62,382 nt of DNA. Source: a virus. The DNA lies in IMG/VR virus record IMGVR_UViG_3300037418_002157, one strand, 5' to 3'. The notes under the pieces are model-generated. The model made no database searches, was not told where the DNA came from, and was given only the letters and a program-made list of their open reading frames with translations. Both the position numbers and the translations under genes were made by a program. Shown here piece after piece: positions 52,501 to 61,500 of the stretch (the stretch's first letter is position 1; every line of letters begins with the position of its first letter).

Positions 52501-53361
52501 GGCGGCATCCTCGGCGACATCGTCGGCGGACTGAAGTCGATCGGCGGGAAGATCGGCAGCGTCATCGGCACCGCCGCGAGCTTCCTGAAGGACCCGGGCG
52601 GGGCCCTCGACTCCCTGATGGGCAAGCTGCTCCAGCCGCTGCAGGCCATCAAGAACAGTGCATGGGGAAAGCTGGCCATCGCCCTCCCCAGGGCGATGTT
52701 CAAGGGTCTGCAGGATCTCGTATCTCTGGGCGGCAGCAGCAGCGGGCCGATCGGGGGGAGCATCCCCAATGGGCAGCGCCTGGCCGTCATCAACCAGGCG
52801 CTCGCCGCGGCCGGGGTGCCGCCGCCTGGAGTGCTCGCCCAGTGGCAGGCGGGCCTGAACACGCTGATCACCCGCGAGTCCGGCTGGAACCCGAACGCGA
52901 TCAACCGGTGGGACTCCAACGCGAAGGCCGGGCATCCCAGCCAGGGTCTGGCGCAGACGATCCCGGGCACCTTCGCGGCCTACGTTCCGGCGTCGCTGAG
53001 GGGCCGGGGCATCCTCGATCCGGTGGCTAACGTAGCGGCGGCGATCCGCTACATCGTCTCCCGCTACGGCAACATCACCAACGTTCAGCAGGCCAACGCC
53101 AACCGCCCTCCCGCCGGTTACGACTCGGGTGGCTGGCTGCAGCCCGGCTACACCCTCGCCTACAACGGCACCGGTCGGCCAGAAGCCGTGCTGACGAACA
53201 GCCAGTGGCGCACCATGTCGGCGGCCGGCTCCGACGGGCCCGCCATGTTCGAGGGCGACCTCTACCTGGACAGCGGCGAGTTCCTCGGCGCTGTCCACGG
53301 AGTGATGAACGAGCGGGACCGAGGACTGGTGTCGGTTCTGCGCGCCGGCCGGAAGGGGTGA
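49555..53361 (+). CDS. Tape measure protein with a C-terminal transglycosylase-like domain
   Basis: About 1268 aa. Long Ala-rich coiled coil, hydrophobic central repeats, and WNPNAINRWDSNAKAGHPSQGLAQTIPGTF near the C-terminus. Start set at the GTG at 49555. Confidence 0.9.
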   Translation: MAAGGVLVGRGYVSIRPEFEGDWSRSVNARASSAGRSGAGAFSKAFGAGLKGIGALAGVAIGANLASAAAGAAALAPALATAGAAAGALKLGLSGVGEAFKQAFSNSTADATAAASATKAVESAQRGLANAQRALAQARVDAAERVKDAQRGVRDAERDLADAQRDARDVQSELNAARQEAARALEDMNTRLKESQLDEREAALRLAQAQKELAAAQANPGTTPEELAKLQLAYDRATLNLQEQRTETKRLAEDTKKANKAGVEGSKQVVDAKKKISDANRNVADKERALADAQANVDKARADGQRQIENAQRAVADAAAAVADAQAAAAAQTSKFDQAMSKLAPNAQSFVRTVQSLAPAWDAMRLSVQNELFKGLDATVTGLARTTIPVLQRGLTGTAGIWNTIAKNAASGVQEMAKSGMLEDILKGANDNLRVFQNTPKQIITAFGQLSVAAQPAFNGLLQKFAGAITSFTDGIAKSFTSGGLQDAIDTAFGILSQFGTLLGNAFGVVTQIFKAASDAGGQIVGVLGAVFGELERILATPEMQAALRTLFASVARIVTAIVPVIGAIVQAVVPLVAALAPVIADLAEKIGPVLVELAGVLGKALAPIITALMPVVDTVGSVLAGIVQNLMPLLQPLGLLIGAVIRALAPVLSVIGRSLNTVLRAVVTALVPVIYALLPAVGQFGKLFADLAPLFPPLVKAVLPLLPPLTQLSIQLLQLAVDIITPLMPLIVGLATLLTGMFADAMGRLVPIMSGVIGAVSRFVKAIDDGVRWVVDRFTWLYDVLLGHSIIPDIVNGTIGWFATLWTRLREIVTAIRDGVVGRFQGLKTGALKIWSDFWGRVTSISSNALTSVRQGFDGFSSGLAGAFKSLRDNIGTIWAGLRKATKDPINFVLGTVWNKGVVKAWGRISDWVPGLPKLKELPLLAQGGMLPVQPGVFNTPTAIVGEGNPKHPEYVIPTDPKYRGRALALWQAAGGQLMEDGGILGDIVGGLKSIGGKIGSVIGTAASFLKDPGGALDSLMGKLLQPLQAIKNSAWGKLAIALPRAMFKGLQDLVSLGGSSSGPIGGSIPNGQRLAVINQALAAAGVPPPGVLAQWQAGLNTLITRESGWNPNAINRWDSNAKAGHPSQGLAQTIPGTFAAYVPASLRGRGILDPVANVAAAIRYIVSRYGNITNVQQANANRPPAGYDSGGWLQPGYTLAYNGTGRPEAVLTNSQWRTMSAAGSDGPAMFEGDLYLDSGEFLGAVHGVMNERDRGLVSVLRAGRKG

Positions 53362-53364
53362 CGG

Positions 53365-55596
53365 ATGGCGATCCCCGGGAATTATTTGTCGGAGACGACG
53401 TCGACGATCGACCCGAACACCAGCGGGTGGGCCGTCAAGTTGAACTGCACGCTGGCCAAGGGAACTGGCGGCACGGTCACCGACGGCTGCCTGCAGATGA
53501 AGTCGGTGGCGTCCGGGGAGATGCAGGCCCGGACGCTGTCCTACTACCAGGTGCAGCCGGGCGTCGAGTACATGGCGTTCGCCGACGCGTCGGGAGCGAC
53601 GGTGCCGGAGCGTATCGGGATCCGCTGGCTGGACGCCTCGGTGGTGGAGCTCGGCATCACCTGGTCGATGACGACGGCGTCGGCGTCGGCGACCTGGCAC
53701 CGGATCGCGGTCGCCGACTTCGCCCCCGCCAACGCTGTGATCGCGCAGGTCTTGTTCTCGGCGACCCCGGCCGCCGGCAACGTCAGTAATTTCTTCGACA
53801 ACGTGTATTTCGGGCTGCCGCAGCGGACGACGGGCAACCTGCTGTCGGCCAACACGGAAACCAGTGAGCGGTCCTCCAGCTGGGCGTACACCGCCGGCAC
53901 CAACTGCACGGTGTCGCGGACGGTGCCCGTCGTGAACTGGGGGCCGACCGTCTATGTGGCGGGCGGCCACGCCGCGACCATGACGGTCACCGCGAACGGG
54001 GACGCCGACTTCCGGAGCACGGAGCTCGCCCCGGTCACCCCGGGGCAGGAGTATCTGGCCTACGCCTACCTCAACCCGCCTTCGCCGTCCACGCCGTGGA
54101 TCGAGCTGCGGTTCTACAACTCTTCCTCGTCGCAGATCCAGGCGACTAGGGCGATCCTCGCCGAGCCGGGCACCGGCTGGTACCGGCAGCGGGTCAGCGA
54201 CTTCGCCCCGGCCGGCGCCGCCTACGCCACGGTGGCGCTCGGGCTGACCGGTGCGACGGCCGGGCAGATCCTGCGCACCGACGCGGCCGTCATCACGGTG
54301 GCGCCCGATGTGCGCCCCGGCACGGTCCTGCCTTACAAGGACGGCGCGTTCGAGGCGGGCACCGGCACGTGGACGGTGGCGTCCGGTGTTGCGACGATCG
54401 CCCGCCTGGATCCGTGGGGCACGGACGCGGTGGACGGCTCCTACTGCATGACCGTGTCGTCGGCGACCGCGACGACCAGCGTCATCCGCACCGCGAAAGT
54501 CGCGGTGGGCGCAGCGGCGGGGCAGTCGTGGACCGTCGCCGCCGCGATGAAGGTTTCTGCTGGCGGCTGGAATCTGACGCGGTCGATCCGCTGGTACGAC
54601 GCCTCCAACAACGACTTGGGCGCCACCTCGACCACGGCCGCGGCCATCCCCACCCCGAACTGGTGGACCCTGTCCGCGCAGCACATTGCCCCTGCGGGGG
54701 CGACGCAGGCGGCAGCCGAGTACACGCTGACCGCCACCTCGACCAGCAGCGTGGTTCGGATCGACTCGGTCGGCCTGTGGCAGTCGGTGCCGCTCGTCGA
54801 GGCGCAGGACCACGACGACACGGCATCGATCACGCTCACGCTGAGGGAACTCCCGGTGGGGGCGACGCTGACGGTGTGGCGCGTCACCACCGACGGCACC
54901 CGCACGCTGGTCCGCGGCACGGACGGCCTCATCGACTCCGCCGCGATCACCGCCGAAACCGTGGTCATCGAGGACTATGAGGCGCCTCTCGGTGTCCCGG
55001 TCTCCTACTACGCGGAGGCCCGCACCGGCACCACGCTCCTGGCCACGCGCAGCGTCGGCCCTCTCACACTCGACCACGCGGACGCCAACCTGGCCTGGCT
55101 GAAGGATCCCGGCAATCCGCAGCGCAATCTGCAGGTGATGGTGCGTCGGGCGCCGGACTGGCAGCGCGACATCGCTCAGGCCGAGTACCGGGTGCGCCGC
55201 CGCCGCAACAGCGTCATCCACTCGGATGTGCGGGGCGGACTCGCCGGGGACCTGGTGGTGTGGACCCGCTCGGACCAGGAGCGGGCCGACCTGCACTGGA
55301 TCCTCGACGAGGGCAACGTGCTGCTGTGGCAGGCCGCCCCGGGCATGGGCGTCGCCGACATGTACGTCAACGTCGGCGCCGTCACCGAGGCCCGCGTCAC
55401 CACAGACGCGACCGAGGAGTGGCGGGAGTGGACACTGCCACTGAAGCAGGCCGACCAGCCCGTCACCGTGGGCGTCTCGTCGTCCGCGGACCGCACGTGG
55501 CAGGACATCCTCACCGAGAACGTCACCTGGCAGAGCGTCCTCGACAGGTACGCCACCTGGGAGGACGTGGCCCTCAACAGGCCGATCGGAGGCTGA
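53365..55596 (+). CDS. Minor tail protein: three CBM-like modules plus a Dit-like C-terminal domain
   Basis: 743 aa directly after the tape measure gene. About 150-aa modules each end in ...FAPA(N/G)A...A.V.. motifs. Confidence 0.75.
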   Translation: MAIPGNYLSETTSTIDPNTSGWAVKLNCTLAKGTGGTVTDGCLQMKSVASGEMQARTLSYYQVQPGVEYMAFADASGATVPERIGIRWLDASVVELGITWSMTTASASATWHRIAVADFAPANAVIAQVLFSATPAAGNVSNFFDNVYFGLPQRTTGNLLSANTETSERSSSWAYTAGTNCTVSRTVPVVNWGPTVYVAGGHAATMTVTANGDADFRSTELAPVTPGQEYLAYAYLNPPSPSTPWIELRFYNSSSSQIQATRAILAEPGTGWYRQRVSDFAPAGAAYATVALGLTGATAGQILRTDAAVITVAPDVRPGTVLPYKDGAFEAGTGTWTVASGVATIARLDPWGTDAVDGSYCMTVSSATATTSVIRTAKVAVGAAAGQSWTVAAAMKVSAGGWNLTRSIRWYDASNNDLGATSTTAAAIPTPNWWTLSAQHIAPAGATQAAAEYTLTATSTSSVVRIDSVGLWQSVPLVEAQDHDDTASITLTLRELPVGATLTVWRVTTDGTRTLVRGTDGLIDSAAITAETVVIEDYEAPLGVPVSYYAEARTGTTLLATRSVGPLTLDHADANLAWLKDPGNPQRNLQVMVRRAPDWQRDIAQAEYRVRRRRNSVIHSDVRGGLAGDLVVWTRSDQERADLHWILDEGNVLLWQAAPGMGVADMYVNVGAVTEARVTTDATEEWREWTLPLKQADQPVTVGVSSSADRTWQDILTENVTWQSVLDRYATWEDVALNRPIGG

Positions 55597-56688
55597 ATGT
55601 ACCCGGTATCCGACCGGTTCCTGAAGACGATCCTGGAGGACCACGCTCCGATCACGGAGGTGGTCCTCTTCCGCACCGACGGCAGGGTCGACCGGCTGGA
55701 CCACACCGGCGGCTCGGTGTCCGTCGACCGAGGGGCGCAGTGTCGCCGCACCTGCACCGTCACCTCCGCCGACACCAGCCTCATTCCCCGCACCGCCGCC
55801 GACAAGGTCAGCGTGTACGGGGCGCGGCTGCGGATCTCCCGCGGTGTCCAGTACTCCGACGGCACCCAGGAACTCGTGCCGGTGGGCGTTTTCCGGGTGG
55901 ACGAGGTGTCCGGCGACATCGACGAAGGCCCGGTCACGATCAGCGGCAAGAGCCTCGAATGTGTCATCCAGGACGACAAGTTCACCGCCCCCTACCGGGC
56001 ATCCGGCACCGCGGTTGGCGCCATCACGTCGCTGATCCAGCGGACCATCTCCGACGCCATCGTGGTCAGCACGGCCACGGATGCGGCGATCGGTCCGCGC
56101 ACCTGGGACATTGAGGGCGACCCGTGGGCGGCTGTGCTGGAGCTGGCAGCGGCGATCGGCGCGAGCGTGTACTGCGACCCCGACGGCGAGTTCGTCGTCG
56201 CCGAACTGCCCGACCTGTCCACGGCAACACCCGCGTGGTCGATCGATGCGGGCGAGGGCGGCGCCTACGTGCAGGCCTCCCGCGGCATGACCGCCGACAA
56301 GGTCTACAACGGCGTGTCGGCGCGCGGCGAGAACACCGAGACGAACGTCGCACCCGTCTCCGCGCTGGTCGTCGACAACGATCCCGGCTCGCCGACGTAC
56401 TGGTCCGGCCCGTTCGGGCACCGGCCGATGTTCTACAGCTCGAGCACGCTCACCACCACCGCAGCCTGCACGGCGGCGGCCACCTTGCTGCTCCGGTCCG
56501 CGACCGCCCCCAACGCGTCCGCCGACATCAGCTCCCTACCGAACCCCGCCCTCGAAGCCGGTGACGTGCTGCGCGTCACCTACCCCGACGGCAGCAAAGA
56601 GCTCCACCAGGCCGCCAGCTTCAGCGTGCCGCTCGACGTCGGCGGCAACTTCCCCATCCAGACGATCAGCGCGAAGGAGGGCACGTGA
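55597..56688 (+). CDS. Minor tail protein (Tal-like N-terminal domain)
   Basis: 363 aa. MYPVSDRFLKTILEDH... Synteny supports the call. Confidence 0.7.
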   Translation: MYPVSDRFLKTILEDHAPITEVVLFRTDGRVDRLDHTGGSVSVDRGAQCRRTCTVTSADTSLIPRTAADKVSVYGARLRISRGVQYSDGTQELVPVGVFRVDEVSGDIDEGPVTISGKSLECVIQDDKFTAPYRASGTAVGAITSLIQRTISDAIVVSTATDAAIGPRTWDIEGDPWAAVLELAAAIGASVYCDPDGEFVVAELPDLSTATPAWSIDAGEGGAYVQASRGMTADKVYNGVSARGENTETNVAPVSALVVDNDPGSPTYWSGPFGHRPMFYSSSTLTTTAACTAAATLLLRSATAPNASADISSLPNPALEAGDVLRVTYPDGSKELHQAASFSVPLDVGGNFPIQTISAKEGT

Positions 56689-57290
56689 CCGGCATGCAGT
56701 CCATCGCGATCGACCTCGCCGACGCCCTCAGGCAGGAATCCATCCGGGCCGGCACCAGCGAGCCGGCGGTACGCGGCTCGAACTGGCAGACCGCAGTGGT
56801 CTCCGCGGTCGCTGCCGACGGCACCCTGACCGCGGGTGGGATCTCCGGGATACGGCGCATCGCCCACTACATCGACCCTGCTGTCGGCGACACGATTGCC
56901 ATCACCCAGAACGCCTCAGGGAACTGGCTCGCGTGGGGCGGACTGGCGACGTCGGTGGGGGAGTGGACGGCGCTGCCGTTCGCGTCCGGGTTCTCCGCCG
57001 CGGCCGGCTACCAGGTGCCGCAGTACCGGATCGTCAACCGTGCCGTCCACATCCGCGGCTCCTTCACGAAGTCCAGCACGCTCGTGTCCGGTGACGTGTT
57101 CACCACAGTGCCGACCGCGATCCGCCCGCTGGTCGACCACGACATGGTTATCGGCGGCAGCCACGGCACCAACGGCACCAATATCGGTGCGTTCCGCGGC
57201 ATTTTGCGCACGAACGGCAACTTCGAGTACCGCGGCCCGAGCGTCAGCACGCTGGTGTTCATCCCGCCCACCACCTACTGGCTGAGCTGA
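56685..57290 (+). CDS. Minor tail protein
   Basis: 201 aa. Coupled GTG start. Synteny supports the call. Confidence 0.6.
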   Translation: MTGMQSIAIDLADALRQESIRAGTSEPAVRGSNWQTAVVSAVAADGTLTAGGISGIRRIAHYIDPAVGDTIAITQNASGNWLAWGGLATSVGEWTALPFASGFSAAAGYQVPQYRIVNRAVHIRGSFTKSSTLVSGDVFTTVPTAIRPLVDHDMVIGGSHGTNGTNIGAFRGILRTNGNFEYRGPSVSTLVFIPPTTYWLS

Positions 57291-57299
57291 GGAGACGCC

Positions 57300-57932
57300 A
57301 TGGCCACAGACAGCTACGGGCAGAGCATCACCATCCCCGCCCTCACCGACGCCCCCAGCATCGCCACCACCGGCGCATCCATCGACACCACCGTGGGCCG
57401 GACCATCCTGCGGTTCTCGTCATCCTCGGCGCGGGCCGCCACCCTCACCGCGCCCGTCGAGGGCATGGTCACCTGGCTGCAGGACGTAAACCGCCTGTAC
57501 GTGTACGAGGGTTCCGCCTGGGTCGAACTCAGCCGGGCTCTCACGACCGAGTTCTCCGAGGACACCACCAACGCCACCGTCACATCGGGGACCTACGTCA
57601 ACAGCTCGCGCACACTGTCCGACACCATCGTCGCGCCGCAGTCCGGGCTGGTCGAGGTGACCCTCGGCGTGCGCTGCGACAACTCGGCAGGCTCCAACAC
57701 GCTGTCCCTGTTCGACGCCTCCGGATCCGTCACCGGCGCCATCTACACCGCAACCAGCGGCGTCGACGGCCCCGCCATCCAATGGGCCGACACCGTATCG
57801 GCAGGCCCGATGACCACAACGCAGGTCATCAGCTGCACGCCCGGAGAGACCGTCACCGTGACAGCGAGGCACCGCGTCGTGGGCGGCACCGGGAACCTGC
57901 GCTACCGAAACCTCAAACTGCGGCAGCTGTAG
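57300..57932 (+). CDS. Minor tail protein
   Basis: 210 aa. Synteny supports the call. Confidence 0.6.
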   Translation: MATDSYGQSITIPALTDAPSIATTGASIDTTVGRTILRFSSSSARAATLTAPVEGMVTWLQDVNRLYVYEGSAWVELSRALTTEFSEDTTNATVTSGTYVNSSRTLSDTIVAPQSGLVEVTLGVRCDNSAGSNTLSLFDASGSVTGAIYTATSGVDGPAIQWADTVSAGPMTTTQVISCTPGETVTVTARHRVVGGTGNLRYRNLKLRQL

Positions 57933-57944
57933 GAAAGGGACACG

Positions 57945-58088
57945 ATGCCGGACCTCGAACCGCCCGTCGACCGGCCCACGACGCCACGCGTCGACCTAGC
58001 CGCCGCCGACACCGAAACCCTCGTCGACATGGGCGTCATCCCCGAGCCACCACCCGAGCCCGAACCCCTGCAGCCACCTGCCCCGTGA
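57945..58088 (+). CDS. Small Pro-rich hypothetical protein (47 aa)
   Basis: ATG at 57945 after GGAAAGGGA. Ends inside the terminator stem. Confidence 0.35.
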   Translation: MPDLEPPVDRPTTPRVDLAAADTETLVDMGVIPEPPPEPEPLQPPAP

Positions 58089-58099
58089 GGGGCTTTTTT
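58080..58099 (+). terminator. Rho-independent terminator at the end of the tail operon
   Basis: gcccc-gtga-ggggc followed by TTTTTT. This is the only clear T-tract terminator in the window. Confidence 0.8.
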
Positions 58100-58125
58100 C
58101 ATGCCCCGACGCGATTGGAGCCGTC

Positions 58126-59211
58126 GTGCGTTTTCGTGCTGTCCTGGCCGCCCTCGTCCTGACCGTCGCCGCGTTGCTGGGTGCGAGCGCGCCAGCTGCT
58201 TCGGAGAGCACGCCGGGCGTCCTGCCCACGGCGGTCGTCGTCGACGGCGTGGACCTGCACGACGGCATGGTGTACGAGGACGCCGGCACGTACTACATGG
58301 TCGGCTCGATGTACGGCTGCGGGTACCAGTGGTATGTGCCCAGCCCGTGGTGCGGGTTCGGGGTGGCGAGTGCTCCGAGCCTGAGCGGCCCGTGGTCGTC
58401 CCCGCAGTTGCTGTTCCCGGTGAACGAGGTCGACCCCTATAGCGGCAAGTCGTTTGCGACGCTGTGTGCTGTGACGAACGGTCATGGCTGCTTCAACCCC
58501 CGCATGGCGCAGCGCCCGGACGGGGTGTGGGTGTTGTGGTTCAACATGCCCGACGCCCGCGTCGACTCCTCAACTCACGCGTACTGGATCATGGGCTGCA
58601 ACGGCCCTGCCGGACCCTGCGGAGCATCCGCGGGCGCCCCCAACGGATCCACCCACAAGCCGAAGCTGGCCCAGTGCGCAGGCGAGAACGGCGATTTTGC
58701 CCTGGTGCCGGACGGCTCCGGCGGCGCGGCCATCATCTGCAGCTACGGCGGCACCCTCGCCATCGAGAAACTCGACAAGTGGTGGGCCAACGGCACCGGG
58801 CAGGGGGCGACCAGTCTTGCCAGCCTCTCCGGTGTCGAGGGCGTCGGCGCCTGGCAGGATCCCTCCGGTACGTGGGTGATGACCTACAGCGAGAAGTGTG
58901 GATATTGCAGCGGGACACCCGCCGGATACGCGACCGCGCCGAGTCTCCTCGGCCCGTGGACCGCACCCGGCAACCTCGGCTGGAGCGCTCCGCCCGGCGG
59001 CCGCCGGGACATCAGCCTCGGCTGCGGCGGCCAAGCCCGCACCGTCAGCATCGTCGACGGCACCCCCTACCAGGGCACCGACATGTGGATGGGCACGAGG
59101 AATGAGGCCGCCGCCGACACGCTGCTGTCCCCGCTGTCCTACACACCAACCACCGGCAGCCCCGGCGACGGGCACCGCTGGATACCACCCGTCAGCTACC
59201 CCTGCAGCTGA
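58126..59211 (+). CDS. Secreted beta-propeller protein, glycoside hydrolase family 43-like (putative)
   Basis: Signal peptide MRFRAVLAALVLTVAALLGASAPAAS. LHDGMVYEDAGTYYMVGS, SAPSLSGPWS and DGVWVLWFN blade-like repeats. Many Cys. Confidence 0.5.
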   Translation: MRFRAVLAALVLTVAALLGASAPAASESTPGVLPTAVVVDGVDLHDGMVYEDAGTYYMVGSMYGCGYQWYVPSPWCGFGVASAPSLSGPWSSPQLLFPVNEVDPYSGKSFATLCAVTNGHGCFNPRMAQRPDGVWVLWFNMPDARVDSSTHAYWIMGCNGPAGPCGASAGAPNGSTHKPKLAQCAGENGDFALVPDGSGGAAIICSYGGTLAIEKLDKWWANGTGQGATSLASLSGVEGVGAWQDPSGTWVMTYSEKCGYCSGTPAGYATAPSLLGPWTAPGNLGWSAPPGGRRDISLGCGGQARTVSIVDGTPYQGTDMWMGTRNEAAADTLLSPLSYTPTTGSPGDGHRWIPPVSYPCS

Positions 59212-59235
59212 CCCGCATCGCCCCAAGGAGGGCTC

Positions 59236-60192
59236 ATGGCCAGAACGGGCCCGCAGAAGATTCCTGGCGCCTCGCAGACCAATTTCTACGGCACCGGCCA
59301 GTACTCCGGCTCCGACATGGAAGTGAACTGCGGTGTCGTCCATACCACCGAGGGCCGGACGCTGCCCGGCTACAACGGCGGCTCGATCGCCCCGACCGTG
59401 ACCGGCGTTCCCGACCTGGCCGCGAAGAAGCTGCGCTGGTATCAGCACTACGACGTCGACGAGTCCGCGCGCGCCTTGGCGAACAAGCTGGGCGGCGTGG
59501 AGACTAACACGGCGAACGCCTTCCAAATCGAACTCGTCGGCACCTGCGACGACGCGAAAAAGACCAGCTGGGACGGCAAGCGGGCAGGCGTCGACTACCT
59601 GCACTGGCCGACCGCCCCCGACTGGGCACTCGCCGAGGTTGCCTGGCTGGTGCGCTGGCTGCACGACTACCACAACGTGCCCCTCACCTGCGTGCCGACC
59701 TGGCTGGCCTACGGCAAGGACCCGCGCCGGCCCGGCGTGACACCCGCCTCCTACGGGGCCAGCCCGGCCCGCATGTCCTTCGACCAGTGGCGCGCCTTCA
59801 AGGGCTGGTGCGGACATCAGCACGTGCCCGAGAACGACCACGGCGACCCCGGCTCCATGAACTTCGCCCGCGTCATCGAGCTGGCCAAGGGCGAGGTACC
59901 GCCGCCCACGACCCCGGTGACGTCTCCGAGTAAGCCGCAGTCCTACGAGCCGTTCCCCGGCGCCTCGTTCTTCCGGGACGGCCGCCGCTCGCCGATCATC
60001 GCGGCGATGCACGACCGGCTCGTCGCCGTCGGCTGCAACCGCTACCAGTCCAGCCTCAACAAGAACGTGTGGGGCTCCGGCGACAAGGCGTCCTACGCCG
60101 CCTGGCAGCGCAAGCTCGGCTACACCGGCAGCGCCGCCGACGGCATCCCCGGCCCCACATCGTGGGCCCGCCTCAAAGTCCCCAACGTGTAA
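59236..60192 (+). CDS. Endolysin: N-acetylmuramoyl-L-alanine amidase plus a peptidoglycan-binding domain
   Basis: VVHTTEG and GHQHVPENDHGDPG amidase_2-type motifs. C-terminal YAAWQRKLGYTGSAADGIPGPTSWARL. Confidence 0.85.
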   Translation: MARTGPQKIPGASQTNFYGTGQYSGSDMEVNCGVVHTTEGRTLPGYNGGSIAPTVTGVPDLAAKKLRWYQHYDVDESARALANKLGGVETNTANAFQIELVGTCDDAKKTSWDGKRAGVDYLHWPTAPDWALAEVAWLVRWLHDYHNVPLTCVPTWLAYGKDPRRPGVTPASYGASPARMSFDQWRAFKGWCGHQHVPENDHGDPGSMNFARVIELAKGEVPPPTTPVTSPSKPQSYEPFPGASFFRDGRRSPIIAAMHDRLVAVGCNRYQSSLNKNVWGSGDKASYAAWQRKLGYTGSAADGIPGPTSWARLKVPNV

Positions 60193-60209
60193 CCCCGGAA
60201 GGAACCCTC

Positions 60210-60560
60210 ATGCGCATCTTCGGCAGAGAGCCCGCTCTCATCATCGCCACGGTCAGCGCCGCCCTGTCGCTGCTGGTCACCTTCAACTTCGGCCTCTCCG
60301 CCGAGCAGGCCGGCGCGATCGTCGCCGTCATCAGCGCCGTGTTCGCCGCAGCAACCGCCGCCATCACCCGCCCGATCGCACCCTCGGCGTTCACCGGTCT
60401 CGTCGCCGCCGGTGCCGCCCTCCTCGCCGCCTATGGCCTCGAGCTTGGCCCGGAGAAGATCGGCGCCCTCAACGCGGTCGCCCTCGCCGTGCTCGGCCTG
60501 CTGACCCGCGGCCAAGTGTCACCTGCCGCCTCGCGGCCCGCGAAGCCGAGCAGCATCTGA
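60210..60560 (+). CDS. Holin (4 predicted TM helices)
   Basis: 116 aa, Ala/Leu/Val-rich, directly after the endolysin. Confidence 0.7.
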   Translation: MRIFGREPALIIATVSAALSLLVTFNFGLSAEQAGAIVAVISAVFAAATAAITRPIAPSAFTGLVAAGAALLAAYGLELGPEKIGALNAVALAVLGLLTRGQVSPAASRPAKPSSI

Positions 60561-60574
60561 CGTAGGAGCAGCAC

Positions 60575-60871
60575 GTGCCGGAGGAGCCGACTCTCGGGGA
60601 GCTCGCCCGTCGCCTCGATGAGCGCACTGGCGACATCCGGGACGACATCAGGACGCTGTCCGCGGAGCTGGCCAAGAAGGTCGACCAGAAGCTGTACGAC
60701 ATCCGCCACGACGCCCTCGCCGCCCGCGTCGCCACACTGGAGACGCTGCGAGAGAAGGACGCCGAGCGGATCGTCGCCACACGGCGCTGGCTGATCGGCG
60801 CAGTGATCGTGCCCCTCGTCGGGATCCTGTTGCCCGTCATCATTCTCCTGACGCGAGGGGCGGGATCGTGA
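60575..60871 (+). CDS. Lysis-cassette membrane protein (C-terminal TM anchor)
   Basis: 98 aa. Coiled-coil N-terminus and LIGAVIVPLVGILLPVIILL at the C-terminus. Confidence 0.6.
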   Translation: MPEEPTLGELARRLDERTGDIRDDIRTLSAELAKKVDQKLYDIRHDALAARVATLETLREKDAERIVATRRWLIGAVIVPLVGILLPVIILLTRGAGS

Positions 60872-61491
60872 CCCGATCGGAGATCCGCGCGGAAGAACGA
60901 CGCTGGCGGCGCGGCGATGTCCTCGCCGTCGTCGGCGCGCTCCTGCTCGGTGCGACGCTGGCGTGGATCGTCCTCAGCATCCAGGGCATGGCCGACGACC
61001 TTCACGAGAAAGACAACGACATTGCCGCCCTCTCCCAGCAGGTACGGCAGCTTGGCGGCAAGCCGGTAGCTGGAGCCCGTGGCGAACCGGGCAAGTCGGT
61101 GACCGGCCCGAAGGGAGACCAAGGCGATCCCGGTCCGATCGGCCCGTCCGGTCCGCCCGGACCATCAGGGTCCCCGGGCAAGAACGGTGCGAACGGAACC
61201 GATGGCACGGCCGGTACTGCGGGTGAACCCGGGGCCGTCGGCGCCACCGGCCCGGCAGGACCAGCCGGACCCGCTGGCCCGCAGGGCGAGCAGGGGCCGA
61301 AGGGCGACACCGGCGAGCAGGGGCCGGCCGGGCCATCGTGCCCGGACGGCTACCACCTCGAGGCCCCCACCTGGGATCCGGACGCGCTCGTCTGCCGTAA
61401 GGACGGCGCCGACCAGCCGCCCGGCAACGGAAACGGCAACGGCGGTCTGCTGTCCGCGGGCCTCGACCCGCAGCGCCGCCAGTACACGTAG
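60868..61491 (+). CDS. Membrane-anchored collagen-like (G-X-Y) repeat protein
   Basis: N-terminal TM helix VLAVVGALLLGATLAWIVLSI. 26 uninterrupted G-X-Y triplets (aa 80-157, nt 61105-61338). Cys-containing C-terminal domain. Confidence 0.75.
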   Translation: MTRSEIRAEERRWRRGDVLAVVGALLLGATLAWIVLSIQGMADDLHEKDNDIAALSQQVRQLGGKPVAGARGEPGKSVTGPKGDQGDPGPIGPSGPPGPSGSPGKNGANGTDGTAGTAGEPGAVGATGPAGPAGPAGPQGEQGPKGDTGEQGPAGPSCPDGYHLEAPTWDPDALVCRKDGADQPPGNGNGNGGLLSAGLDPQRRQYT

Positions 61492-61500
61492 GAGACGCCC

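Noticed and set aside
51970-56421. 1483-aa minus-strand ORF, and similar long antisense ORFs such as 14917-17319, 4952-6244, 38547-40440 and 9886-11211
   Set aside because: These are antisense or alternative frames of well-supported genes (tape measure and tail genes, primase, integrase). Their products are Arg/Gly/Ala/Pro-rich and low in complexity, which is typical of spurious open frames in high-GC DNA.
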